This document shows positions 35,901 through 48,470 of a stretch of 64,000 bases of DNA, in pieces. The stretch lies in contig NC_087246.1 of the NCBI RefSeq assembly GCF_037042905.1, forward strand, positions 17,360,001-17,424,000. The letters are read 5' to 3'. The notes under the pieces are model-generated. The model saw nothing but the letters and a program-made list of their open reading frames with translations. It did not search any database and was not told the DNA's origin. The DNA is from Lytechinus pictus (taxonomy: Eukaryota). Position 1 is the first letter of the stretch; the number at the start of each line of letters is the position of its first letter. The position numbers were made by a program, and so were the translations under genes.

Positions 35901-38900
35901 AGGTTGTGTATAATGGTAAATCTAGGTGGATAGTTTCAAATTACGAGAGGAGTAAAGCAGGGTTCCCCTCTCCTCTATTCAAGGAAACCTGTTTCACAAG
36001 CTCTGCTTTTACAAGGTTTCCTCCATATGACTTTTTTTTTACATGTTACATGATTATTACCAATTATTCAGGGGCCGCGGAAGCGGGGGAGGTGGGGGTT
36101 GGCTGGCTTCAGCCCCCCACTTTTTTTTCCAAAACCGTGTATACAAAAACGTAAAAATGACCATTATGATTGTGATTTTTTTGCATGGGCAGCCTCCCCC
36201 CCCCCCACTTTTGGCTCAGCCCCCACTTTGAAAACCGTTCCGCGGCACCTGTTATTTGACTACTTTCACGAATGTATTGTATTGTTTTATTTCTATGTAA
36301 TCTAAATTGTATCTTTTCTATAATGACGTTGAGATGTAAAAATGTATTTACTTTGCTCTTATTGTGGAAATAAATGAAATGAAAATGTAATGAAATTTAT
36401 TTATCTATAATATGCTCTACGCATTAGAAATTCAGTTGATGTATAATGATATATAAGAGGTATATCTGGGGCCCGTTGCAGAAAGAGTTGCAATCAAACG
36501 CAACTCTAAAAATCATGCGCAGCTTGATTTTTAACCAATCAACAGCGCGCATTTGGGACTTGCGATTGATTTTTTGACTTGCGTTTAAACGCAACTCTTT
36601 CTGCAACGGACCCCGGGGTATATAAGTTGGTGCCATGCAGTGAATTAAAAAAAAAATTTATATTACGCAGACGATTTTTTATCATTTTGTTCAGATGATA
36701 ACTCTCTGAACTCGTGTTTCAGATAAAGAATTGGCATTGGCTCGTTCATTTATTTTATCTAACACAATCGACGTAAACCGCAGAGAATTCCAGTTCAAAA
36801 TATTGAACAATATTTTAAACCTGAAATATATTTGTATAAAATGAAAGAATTATTACTTCTATAATATGTTCTTTCTGTAATGTAGAAAACGAAACGATTG
36901 AACGTTTGTTTTGGAATTGTCCAATGACAATCCAAATCAGCTAGGAAAAGAACTTACTATATTTTATTTCTCATTGTCAACGGAAATTAAAAGCCTAAGG
37001 CCCGTATTCTGAACTCGGGTTTAAAGTTGTGGTTTAACTATGGAAATCCAATTGGAGCACAAATCCCTTATACAGTGACATTCAATATTAACTCATATGG
37101 CACCCAAATTGTTCATAATTGTCTGGGAATGATGACTCAAGTATTTTTCTTCGTTATGAAAGCAAAATGAAACAAAATAAAAAAAACATAAGAAATATAC
37201 AAATAAAGCAGAATTTTTGAAATTTTGGCTCCCATAATTTTAGCACAGAGTTAGACCGTGGTCTAAGTTAAACCTGACTTCAGAATACGGGCCTAAATAT
37301 CTAAGTTTGACTCTTTAGGATATCCAGAGTTCAACAGGCCACGAACCACACAACCAATCGGGATTTATTTAAAATGACTGGAATTCTTATAGCATATTGC
37401 CATCATAAATACACGCAGCGGGGCGAGGCAGAGTCCAAAACCGAGATGAAAATTTCATACAATCATGAAAAAATAAAGTCACTAGATCCTTTGGATTCAT
37501 GACTGATGTAAAAACGCTCTCATGATCAGCTCATTCGCCTCGTTCCCTCGCTTTTAACAATGTTTTGAACATTTTCTTGTCTATGAAGAGAAATAGATCA
37601 ATGTGTGTGGCAGCGCACAAATTGTTGTGTAACCTACCCAAATTAAAGAAATATGTAACCACCAAATTTGCTCATTTTAATTTCATATCTGATTTTGATG
37701 AAATTGTCATGCAGTGTTATGCTTCTTTGATTAACTTTTATGTTATAAAATATGATCTTTTGTTGAGGTAGACTTATCAACTTGCGTCGTGGGTGTGTCA
37801 TCATAAAAAGACCACATTACAATTTTACATGATTGCACGCTATGAAAAAGTCAACACTGAGCTGAGTTGTGTATTGTTATGTACAGACATTCATTTATTT
37901 TGTGAATTGTCTGCGTTCCACTGGAATGAAGACAAAATGGTATATCATGTTGAAATGATGGAAAACCGTAGTCCCACTGGCGAAACACAATCCTGGTCGA
38001 CATAATTTATAAATGACATACCATGGTTCGATTTGGAATCGTTTTCGTTGGTGTGACTGCGGCCCAAAGAAGGTCACCCACAATAATGCTCCTTGGAATA
38101 TGAGTCCAGGTATATCGTGAGCCGGGGAAAGTTCGTTGACATTATTGATCGGTATTTATGAATTAAATGCAGCTCACTGGCATAGTAATATCAGTAGTGT
38201 GTTTGGTGTATATAGGTTACTGATGTAAAGGGAATTGAATGCACAAAGCTAATAATGAGAATATATGCGATGGTGACGTACTCAACGTGACATTTAATAA
38301 TCATCATATTTGTGTATGGGTATATCCCGGGGTATATTGTCCAGGAAGGGAGGGGGTGACGAGCTCGTCATGTTTTATTGAAGAAAAGTAAGATCCCTCT
38401 GGCAAATCCTGCATATCGTCATTATTCCAGAATTTCACGACCAAGAAAAATGGAGAAAAGAAAGGAAAAGAATAGTAAGCGAAGCATGATATATTTTTAA
38501 AAATGTCAAAATCTATATCACAAATTAGACTTTTGTATTAAAGCGTCAAAAAACTTAATCGCTCGCTCGCAGGTGTGTATAAATTTTACCCTTTACGCCA
38601 TGTCTGGCTCCCTAAAACTTTAAACTCTCTAGCCACCCCCCTCCCCCCAAAAAAAACAAAGAAAAGAAAAGAAAAAACTAGCAGAGAACTAAATTCGTAT
38701 CAACCATCCCTGAGCACCGCTCGACACCGCTGTCAATATGTCTTATGTGGGTTCTCATAACATGGAGTGTACGTTTCAAAACGGAACCAAGCAAGGGTGT
38801 ACACCATGAATACAACTTTATTATTAATATTTGTAATCGTAATCTGCACATTGCCCAATTAGCTTCAGTGGATCTGAGTTGCGAGGATGCCCAAACGATG

Positions 38901-40439
38901 CAGAGAGGATACAGCGGAGATTTAACGGACATGGAACGTTTGTTGCTCGTATATGTTGCGGATTTACATCGTACCGGCGGAAAGTTCATATGTTCTATAT
39001 ATTAAAGTTTTGTGTATAGCTAAAAACTTTTTGCGCAGATGAAATCACAATGGACGGATGCTCGATGGATAGAGCGTATGTAACACGTATATGCAATGAG
39101 GATACAATGGGTGCATAGCGTTTTCCGACGGATGGCAAGATTTTTTTACGTTTTACATCCGCAAGTGCAGTGGGGCCGGGCTTTAAGCTATATAGGGGGT
39201 TATAAAAAAGTTCATAATTTTCAATTTGAGAGAACACTAGAAGATATATATATATATATATATATATATTTGTGGCCTGCCAGGTGTGCTAAAAATCTTT
39301 CATTTCAAATACGATATCATAATGGCAATCCGCTTGAGATACAAGAGGACTTGTCGAAGATTTGAACAGTAAACAGGTAAAGTAAATATGCAATTTATTG
39401 TTTCTTTTTCCTGGTACAAGCGTCTCTGAAGTCGTTTCAGGTCAGGAATACAATTTGGATAGTATTTAGCCTATTCAAGCTCTAAAGAAATACATACTCA
39501 CCGTTTATCACACGCACAATGACTGAGTGTAAACATGTTCTTATTGGTGAGGTAATGTTTGGTCTTGAACGCCAGTATTTGCATCTCCTTTGGACAAAAA
39601 TCATGGGATCTGCAGCATCGGTCGGTGAAGGTGTTGTCACCGAGAGCATACTCTGACTTGGCTCGATGACCGGCTCCGCACCACAGGGTTCCAGGGTAGG
39701 TGATACTTCGACGAGATCGAAGACGACCAGATAGGTGAATGTCGGAGAACGACGGATTACCTAGGTCGAGATTAGTCGAATTATGGTCGGAATGCATGGA
39801 TGAAAGAAATCGTCGACAGTCGTAGATCATTCTGCTTGTGGTGCTAAGTAAGTGCGGAGGAAAGGTGACGTTTGAAAATCTTCTGCATCCCTGGATACCA
39901 TCGGAAGACGTATTCTTCCAAGATGCAAGAAACTTGTCGGTAAAAAGAACATGTGAACTGTCATCTTCATTCTCATTGCCCAATTCCAAGAGAAAGTGGT
40001 TTGCTTCGTCTGGAACTTGAAGACAAAGAGCATGGTCCCTTTTGATGTCAAAAATAAACTGCTCGATCATTTTTAGATCTTGACTGATTTGGCATTCCCT
40101 TAATCGTCCGTATCCATCGAACACGACTGCCACGTGCGATAACCCATCTGTGATCTCTCGAAAAACATAATCAGCAAAAGGTCCCTCTTCTCTTTCCCAG
40201 GATGCAGTTTCTTGTATCCACGTTGTCCCTGATTTAATCGTCACCTGTCGACTACCTTCCAATGTCTGCCATACGATAAAGTTCTCGAGATCCGCCGTCG
40301 TCGGATGAATGTATCTTTGTCGGTGCGATGTCAGATCTCCATCATTTTCAGATCTGCCAATATTAAGACGACATAAGATGCTGAAAAGGAGAACATAGAT
40401 TTGAATGATTTTTCTGACACACATGTTTGGTATCACCAT
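32968..40439 (-). CDS. Group III secretory phospholipase A2, paralog 2, 2 exons
   Basis: Exons 40439-39502 (CG|gtgagt) and 33223-32968 (tttacag|A). Signal peptide, pro-region, RSRR|SITYPGTLWCGAG, DRCCRSHDFC, LSHCACD, RFHKCL, VGNWYFN, CVEKEWWGKC. Confidence 0.92.
33520..34450 (-). repeat. hAT-like MITE remnant with ~4 tandem ~110-130-bp units
   Basis: Repeated GTGCCCCT...CCTGAGAAGGACCCGTTTTATGTGT units; terminus CTCCGCCGCCCCTG at 34450. Confidence 0.55.
35019..35439. mobile_element. GC-rich MITE, TA flanks
   Basis: TIR GCGCGTTTTCGCCCAGCGTCG / CGACGCTGGGCGAAAACGCGC. Confidence 0.8.
36469..36613. mobile_element. Harbinger-like palindromic MITE
   Basis: GGGCCCGTTGCAGAAAGAGTTGC ... GCAACTCTTTCTGCAACGGACCC. 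Confidence 0.7.
36999..37293. mobile_element. PIF/Harbinger MITE, TAA TSD
   Basis: TAA|GGCCCGTATTCTGAA...TTCAGAATACGGGCC|TAA. Confidence 0.85.
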
Positions 40440-41869
40440 CGTAGAAGTGTCTGTAACGCAAACACCGTTTTACATCGAGGTTCGACAACGTATCTTGTTT
40501 TATTGGGACTATAAAAACAATAGCCTATAAAACCATGTGAATCCCACGTGAAGTAAGCGTCGGAGAGATCTCCGTTATAGTTCCAGTGCGAAGAGAGATA
40601 ATACTATTCGAAATTACTATCACAATGCTCAGTCCAAAATGCTTTCCATTATAATCCAGAGTAGAATCATGCACAAAATGAACCCTCTTTGAAAGGCGCA
40701 TTCAGACCCAGACCGTATGCATGTCTGCTGACAGTCCCAATCGTACAACGACTTGTTTTGAACTGTGCCGGGAATGAAAATAATGAGACAGCACGTGAAA
40801 TCAAATCGGTGAATGAAATAGTATTTGACGTCATCGCCACGGTCGGCGGCAACCAGCCAAGGCGGACACATTCACATCGACATACCTCATGACTATACCA
40901 GTTTCAGTGTGACGGTCAGGGAGATGGGAGATAGCCTTCCATCTCACCAGGATACGCATGCTAAATTCAGCCTTCTGTATGCAATGCAGTTTTGAAATAT
41001 TATTATGTGTAAAAAATGGCAGCTGCGGCGCCATGGTATTTTCAAAGGGGGGGGGGGGGGGGCAGGGGGACACACTGTACATTTCCCCCTGTCAATAATA
41101 CATTAAGGCCTAAAGGGGAAACGTGGGTGCCGTGTGGGTTGAAGAGTTACGGATCATACGCCTACCTATCGTTTTGACGTTAATCTCTCTCTCTTCCTAT
41201 TTATCCGCCTCTATTTCTTCTATTTATTTCTATTTCCCTAAGGCCCAAATGAGGATCGGGGGGGGGGGGCGAAGCGGCCGAGGCCTCCCTATAGTCTGCG
41301 CAAAAAAGGGAAGGAAAAGAAAAGAAAAAAAGGAAGGAGGGGAGAAAAAGAAAGATAAGCGAAGGAAGAAGAGTGAATGAAATATTAAAAGGGGAATAAC
41401 TGAAAAAAAAGTTTTAAAAATCTGTCAGGTCATTAAATAAAAATTTCGCTCGCGCTTCGCGCTTGCAATGACCGTTGTGCGACGTAATAATCTGTTTAAG
41501 AGGATAAATTGGGGTTTGAGAGAGAGAGAGAGAGAGAGCGGGGGGATGTCTCGTTTAGATTTTGATTCTTTTATTATCAGGCCTGCTTTTATACCTTAGG
41601 TAACCACAGGACCATCCCGAAAAAAAATGTTTTGAATCGATAGAGAAAAATCAGACGAGCATAAAAATCATCCAAATCGGATGTAAAATAGGAAAGTTGT
41701 GACATTTTAAAGTGTCAATTTATTATTATCATTTTTTTAATACAAAAGTCATCAATATGCACGACTCAGTGATGTGCAATAAGAGAGTCGATAATGTCGC
41801 TCACTTAATATTTCTTTTGTTTTTTATTGTTTGAATTATACAAAATTATATACCATACCTCTAAAATAA

Positions 41870-43540
41870 TACCCGGAATTTTAGTTGCCATTGATTTTTA
41901 AAAAGCTTTCGACTTAGTTTTACATATATTCTTTTTTACAAAATGTGTTACTAGTATATATTCATTCGGTTTTGGTCCATCCTTTCGTAAATGGAGTGAT
42001 ATTACCATGATTACGTACACTAATACCATCGGCTGTGTTATGAATTGATTTCCTTGCATAAATGCCAATAGGGGAGTAAGACAAGGAGATCCATTATCTC
42101 CCTATTTGTTTATTCTTTCTATTGAAACACTCTCTCGTGTGCTTTGAAATGATAATTTGGTTTTCGGTTTCCAATTTCGAGACACAGAAGTACTTTATGC
42201 CGATGATATTACCCTTTTTTGTTAAAAATCTAATTTCTATGAACCGTTTAGAAATAATTTTTGAAAGTATTGGATGTGTAAAAGGATTGAAAACAAATAA
42301 AGAAAAGACTTGTGTAATGTTACTAGGCAATCCTTATCAAGAAAAAACGGGGACACCCTTTTCCGGAAAAGTAGTACAATTTATAAAAATATTAGGGGTA
42401 TTTTTTTATAGCTTAGACTTTCAGGTAAAAGAGAGTATGACCTATACTAAACTTTGAGCAAAAAACTCCCTCTCGCGGTGGAAACAAAGAGACTTACCTA
42501 ATGCGTAAAATACAATTGTTATAAACTTTCATATAACTATAATCTTAAGTTTATAACGTTACTCAATCCAATTCCGCATTTTAGATTTCATAGATGATCT
42601 ATGATTTTTATGGAGAGGAAAATATAAAGTTAAGCGAACTGCGATGTTTCTTGATTATAAATAAGGGGGACTTTATTTTGAAATGTTTGTCAAATTTTAG
42701 AGAATTATGTGGGTGAAAAGATTATTAGGAATCAACAAATGAAATGGAAATCGTATTTCGATTATTGTACCCAATTTATCGGAGGATTTTTCATATTTCT
42801 CTGTAAATATGATATTCCACAGTTAAATCTGTCTTTATAGCCATTTTATTTAGAGCTATTGAAAACTGGTTGGAATCAGAAGACTTAAGACAAATCTGTA
42901 ACAATTATAAATTAGGTAATGAAGTAATTTTAAGAACAAAAATATATGTTTTCGAAGATTTCCTTTCTATCATGTAGATATCGAAATGTATATTCAGGTA
43001 AAACATATTGCAGATAAAGATGGTGAATTGAAAACAGATGCACATTTCAAAACTAAAGGTCTCACTTCATGGAATATACTACATATAAAACATAATATTT
43101 GCAAAAATTCTGCCCGTTTGGAAAAGGCAAATGCATTTCAAAGAAGAAAATAAAAGGGAAATAGATCTGGAAGAAATATAGAACTATTCTCAATTCCAAA
43201 TTAGAAGTCACTCCTGTAGTTAATCGTTTAAAATAATAATTTATTTTGTCTATTAGAGATATTGAAGACATTTTTCTTAGGCCAAGAAAAAATGTACTTT
43301 GAATAGTAAGCTGAGGGAATTTATATTCTTGGTAGACCCTTTGGTGATTATAGGGAAGACGTATTTATTAAATGTAATCCTGTTAGTTAGATTTAGATTT
43401 CAATCCAAAAAGAAAAACTATACTTAGTAATAGCAAAGAAGTAAAAGAATTTTTAGCAAGAAACCAAATTGAGGAAAAAAGGATAGCTCTGGATCGTAAC
43501 ACCTTATCTTTGCATCTCAAATGAATGGGAGAATTTTTAT
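41870..43540 (+). pseudogene. 5'-truncated, decayed Tx1/L1-clade LINE ORF2
   Basis: GILVAIDF*KAFDLV, RGVRQGDPLSPYLFILSIETL and YADDI motifs with many stops and frameshifts. Confidence 0.8.
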
Positions 43541-43818
43541 TCCGAATGAACGAAGGGTAGATTTTTTCTTTCTTTTTTACATTTACTTCAGTCTTTCCTT
43601 TCTCTTCTCTCTCCCCTCAATGTATACGTTGTAGGAGAAAATAGGTTTGTGTTGTGCATTGGTTTTCTACACATTATTATGTTTCGTTTTTCTTTTCTTT
43701 TGTAAGTTCCGAATGTAATTTGTTGGGGCTTGCCTGGGTCATGTGGGAAGGGAGTGGCCGGAGACGGCTTATGCCTTGGTGGGGCAGGGGGAGGGAGGGT
43801 GGGGAAGGAGGGGACCTG

Positions 43819-43975
43819 GGGGGCGTTTCATGAAAGGACTTGTCGGACGTTTTATCCGACAAGTCCCATTTTATCCGACAGTTACCATAGGAACAGTGCC
43901 TCTCAGCCAATCAAAATCATGGAAAGATGTCAGATCTGACAACCTTTCGGATGAAAATATTGATGAAACGCTCCC
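43819..43975. mobile_element. Harbinger-like MITE, CTG TSD
   Basis: CTG|GGGGGCGTTTCAT...ATGAAACGCTCCC|CTG. Confidence 0.75.
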
Positions 43976-45289
43976 CTGAACGTCAAGGATTTATTATTTT
44001 TGTGTGTGCGATGTGCGGGTGTGTTTATTATTCCTTTCCCTCTCTTTTCTGTATTATATTACTTAATTTATTTCAGTGAATTGGAAAATGAATGGATTAG
44101 TTCATAAATCATGTATATGTTTATGAATTACTTATTATTTTTACTGGTACCTATATCATGTATATGTATTATTTATAAAGTTATGATGTAGCATCTATAG
44201 AGGTTATGAAATGTAGAAAGTCAGTTTATGTTTGTATATATTCACTGGAATTAAAAAAATACTTAAAAAGAAAATAATACAAAAAACACACCTGGATGTA
44301 GGCATACATAATTTGAAGAGGAGGGGGGGGGGGCGCGACCTAAATGTGCGTTGGGGGCGGCTCTCACTGAATACTCTATTTGATTCCCCTCATTTTCCCT
44401 TATTTCCTACTATTTTTCTCTAATACTTGAAAAATCTTAGGTGGGATCCCAGGCCTAATTTTCATTTAGATCAAGGCCACTTTTCAAGAGGGCATATTTT
44501 ATAGTACAGTATACAATGGGGAAATGTAAAAAAAAGAAGCACCCCAAATGTCCAAGGCCAACATTAGGGGCATCAAATAGGTGGCTTAATTTGGATTAAT
44601 ATAAACCATAGGGTCGTCCCTTGCCCCTTATTTCTTCTATCTTTTCTTTGTTTGATTTGGCTGCATTGGCAACCAGTCAAGAAATAATTATTTTTGCCAG
44701 TGCTGTTTAGAGCTTTTTTCTTGTTTGAAAGAACTTATTTCGTATTTGAGCTATTTTCTTTTTCTTTCCCCTTTATTATTTTTCGCTATTTTTCATTTTT
44801 CTTTTCTTTTCTTTTTCTTTTTCTTTTTCTTTCCTTTATCTTTTTTCTTTTCTTCTTTATGTTTTACTTTTCTTTTCTTTAAAAACAAGTTTTACTTCTT
44901 GTTTGTTTTCTTTTCTTTTTTCCCTTTTTTCTCCTCCCTCTTTTTCTTTTCCGTTTTCCTTTCTTTGTTTCCCGTTTTAATTTTCTCTGATTTTTTTCTT
45001 ATTGCTTTTATTTTTCTTAACTTACCTTACTTTACTGTAGGCTTTACTTTTCTTTTTTCTTTTCCTCTTGTAAGTTTCTTTTCTTTTCCCTAGTCTTTTC
45101 CTGTTTTCTTTTTCTTGTTTAACCACCCTTAATTGTTTGCATACATTATTGTTGCAGCTTTTATCTTTCTTCCTAGGCCTAGGCTAAACAAAAATATTGT
45201 ATCATATAATCTATAATGTAATTTTGCATTTTATTAGTGAGTAACCCCTAGTATAAAACGGATCTGTATCTCGAATTGCGAAGCAGACC

Positions 45290-47110
45290 TGCGGTATTCG
45301 TTCTGAAAATGGAATACTACTCGGCATTCAGGCGAGGATTTGATTTATGACAGAGATGGGGGTGAGTTTGACAGTAGGCCTATGCCAAATTAGCATATAG
45401 GCCTTCTTAGTGAAAACATGAAGCTATAGCTCCATGGTGAAAACTTTGAACTGAACCTCTTTTCGCGCGGATCGTGCCGCTCCCGTGTTCGAAATCGACC
45501 AATCGAGGCGACCCACGATCAGATCATTTGCATAAGGGTAATTCGCCATTGCTACTCGAGATCGAACAAGGCCACGACGCTCGTCTCGGAACATCTATAA
45601 CTTCTAATTTCTTCTTTAATCTCAATAAGAGAGGCTACCAAAATGGTTTCAGATCATCCCTAGGAACAGTACCTCGCTGGATGGAGGGTCTTAGCCCGTG
45701 GATGGGCTACTTTTCTTGGCGATTTTCATCGCTGGGATACAGGTACGAATTACGATTAAACCAATGCAAAATGATGAGAGCGAGGTTTCATTGCAGTGGT
45801 CTATGGTCTATGGCTTGTGCACAGGGCAGGTGCATGGATGACTGAGGACTTCGCGATGTGTCCATGTACCGTACATGTCATTGGCAAGCAAGCAGCCAGG
45901 CAGTGCCGCCCATGTATGCGCACGGTGGCTGCTAGCGATGCCGAGCTGAAGCGGTGCCGGTGATGTGGTACCGTCAGCAGGCTAAGTAAGAGTAAGAAGT
46001 AAGAAGATTTAACATGTGAAGCTTTAGTTCTAAAATAAATCTGTATCATTTTTTTTTAATACCGGTATACCGGTACCGTTATTTTTCTATCTAGGCCCTA
46101 GGCCTAATCCAACAATTGCAATGTTTTTTTTCAACTCAATTTCATCTCATTTTCAATTCTAAAAATCTGTGAATTTTCGCGACTGCTAACGATGGCGATT
46201 CCACATCGGTTGCCCATTGTCATTGACTGTGACACAATTTCACAAACGGCCCACTCACATGTATTGTGTGAGGTTAGTAAAGTGCCCAAATATCACTTTT
46301 GTCTTATGCATAATTGGAGTCTGGACCAAAACAAAAATACAATCATTTAATCAAACAAAACTCATGTTTATTTCCGTAGCCAGGCTTAGTACAAATGTTG
46401 AATAGTAATTATTATGTCATGAAAAATAGAATTGAAAAAATATGGTAAATGGAAATTATTTACTAGGTACTACCACTTGTACCAGAAGCTTGTTTTTTTG
46501 CCAAATATCGGACACAGTTTCCAAATATTGGGCACGTAAAGTTGTGCGCCGCGATCAATTTCGGCAATTAAAATCGCGCTCTAAACTAGCTAGGAGTAGG
46601 AGGCTCCTAGAGAGTAAAAATCATTTACTAATGTATGCTTACTCTCAACGGAGCCAGGGATTCCTTCCCATTCATCTGCATGTACCGCCCTAAAACCTAA
46701 AACTTTCGCCCCTAAAGAATCTAGCCCTAAATCATGTAGATGGGGGATACAACTTCATTTCTGACATTTCTACAATATTGATTTCATTTTTAAACAAGAA
46801 TTCAAAAAAACAAAAAACAATGTTATCAAAAGACGGGGAAAACTTGCCACCGTGTTTACGTCGCCATCTTGATTTCATTGTCTTTCGCTTGGCGACAGCA
46901 CTCAAATCGTGCGAGTATTGGAAAAGAGCATCACCATGTTCGTCGACTTTGCCTAGTTTTTCCCTTAGTTTCGATATGGGCTTAAGTACGCAAATGTGAA
47001 CAGACCGGTTACTCCGAATTCCCAGCTGATCAAGGACCCTGGAAAATGAATTTTGCTGAACCTTGCGGTCCGGGTTGAAGGCGGGTTTTCCTTCTGGGCC
47101 CCAACGTTAA
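45290..47110 (+). promoter_or_regulatory. CpG-enriched promoter / 5' non-coding exon region of domino/SRCAP
   Basis: CCAAT 45499-45503, octamer ATTTGCAT 45526-45533, YY1-type CGCCATCTT at 46862. Candidate donors GG|gtgagt (45362) and AA|gtaaga (~45986); acceptor at 48453. Confidence 0.4.
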
Positions 47111-47786
47111 TAAGTGATAGTATGGATAGAGACACATCTTGCTTATTGTATTTTCATGAGAACATGCATATAATTGTATATAACTAATAATGCAATTTGA
47201 TGAATTGTAATAATAAATTTTACACCCATGTATGCGATTTCCGAAATGGCAAATTAAAGCACATTTGCCAATTTGAAAAATGTTGAAAAAGGTGCAAATT
47301 TAATGGTTGAAATTCATGAAATTGTATTTTGAAAGTATAAGATAATATCAAACATATTCAGAACAATGTTTATATGAGTTTTATGTGTATATTTGATTTA
47401 TTATTGGTAAAGTAGTATCTATAATAGGCAAATGTATTAGAGATGTAGTTTGTCGCTGACATCTAAATTTTGAACTAACCCTGAAAATGGCCATCTCCAT
47501 CCAGAGACTTCGAATCTGAAGAAGCCCAATTTTGAAGAGTTGGTACTCAATAATGGAGAATTGGATTGGGGTATATAAGTGGATTCATTTTCATTATCCT
47601 GTATGCTGTCTTAGATTTTGGGTTTCATTTTCCGTTAAGTTACATACCTATCGCAATGCATCACAGGATGCAATACAATGAATTTGTGGTCATTGAATTG
47701 ATTTAATCGACATCTTAATTTTCATTTGATTATACAATATTTTTTAAGAAATCAAGTGACTCGATAGGAAAAAAATCTTAATTTAA

Positions 47787-48377
47787 AGGAGAATGAAACC
47801 TTTAGAACAAGATAGCTTGTGTGAAAACAGAAAAATCAAAGAAACAGATCAACAAAAGTTTGAGAAAAATCAGACAAATAATATTAGAAAGTTATGAGCA
47901 TTTGAATATTGCATTGCGATCACTAATGCTATGGAGATCCCCACGTTGGCAATGCGACAAAGATGTGTGATGTCACTTGTGAACAACTCTCCCCATTACT
48001 TTAGTATATATTTCACTTAAATTGCCTCTTTTATCACATCTATCAGTAGATCATGTGTTCTTTCTATAGGAGGGCATGTAATACAGATTTTTAAAGAATA
48101 CATCATGGATAAAGAGCTTGTATCACCATAAGAAAAAGCAAAAAGAGACATTTTGGGGGTATTTTATAGTCCATCAAAGGGAAAGTTGTTCACATGTGAC
48201 ATCACACATCCCTGTCACATTGCCAATGGGAGGATCTCCATAGCATTAGTGATTGCTATATTCAAGTGCTCATAACTTTCTCATTGTTTGTCCGATTTTT
48301 CTCATACTTTCGTTGATCTGTTTCTTTGATTTTTCTGTTTTTCTCAAGCCTATTTATTCCAAAGGTTTCATTCCCCT
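47787..48377. mobile_element. Kolobok-like MITE (TTAA TSD)
   Basis: TTAA|AGGAGAATGAAACCTT...AAGGTTTCATTCCCCT|TTAA with long inverted arms. A decayed relative lies at ~12475-12780. Confidence 0.8.
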
Positions 48378-48470
48378 TTAATTGTCGAGTTAGATACTAT
48401 GCTTGATGAGTCCAAAATATTTTTAAATGTCTTTTATGTGTTTTTCATTATAGGGCTATAAGTAGGGACA

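Larger units (their letters stand above)
34455..36935 (+). pseudogene. Fragmented Tx1/L1-clade LINE ORF2 remnant in the intron of PLA2 paralog 2
   Basis: Scattered frames: INMDAKICLKALANRI (~34465), FGLGASFIRWVKALYKN (~35845), YAD (~36665), REFQFKILNNIL and CSFCNVENETIERLFWNCP zinc knuckle (~36783-36923), separated by MITEs. Confidence 0.65.

Noticed and set aside
44694-45120. Phe-rich or Lys-rich ORFs (also 2725-3073, 11120-11416)
   Set aside because: Translations of T/C-rich low-complexity tracts.
47474-47486. CTAACCCTGAA as a telomerase RNA template
   Set aside because: Isolated short match in AT-rich sequence with no pseudoknot or H/ACA domain evident.
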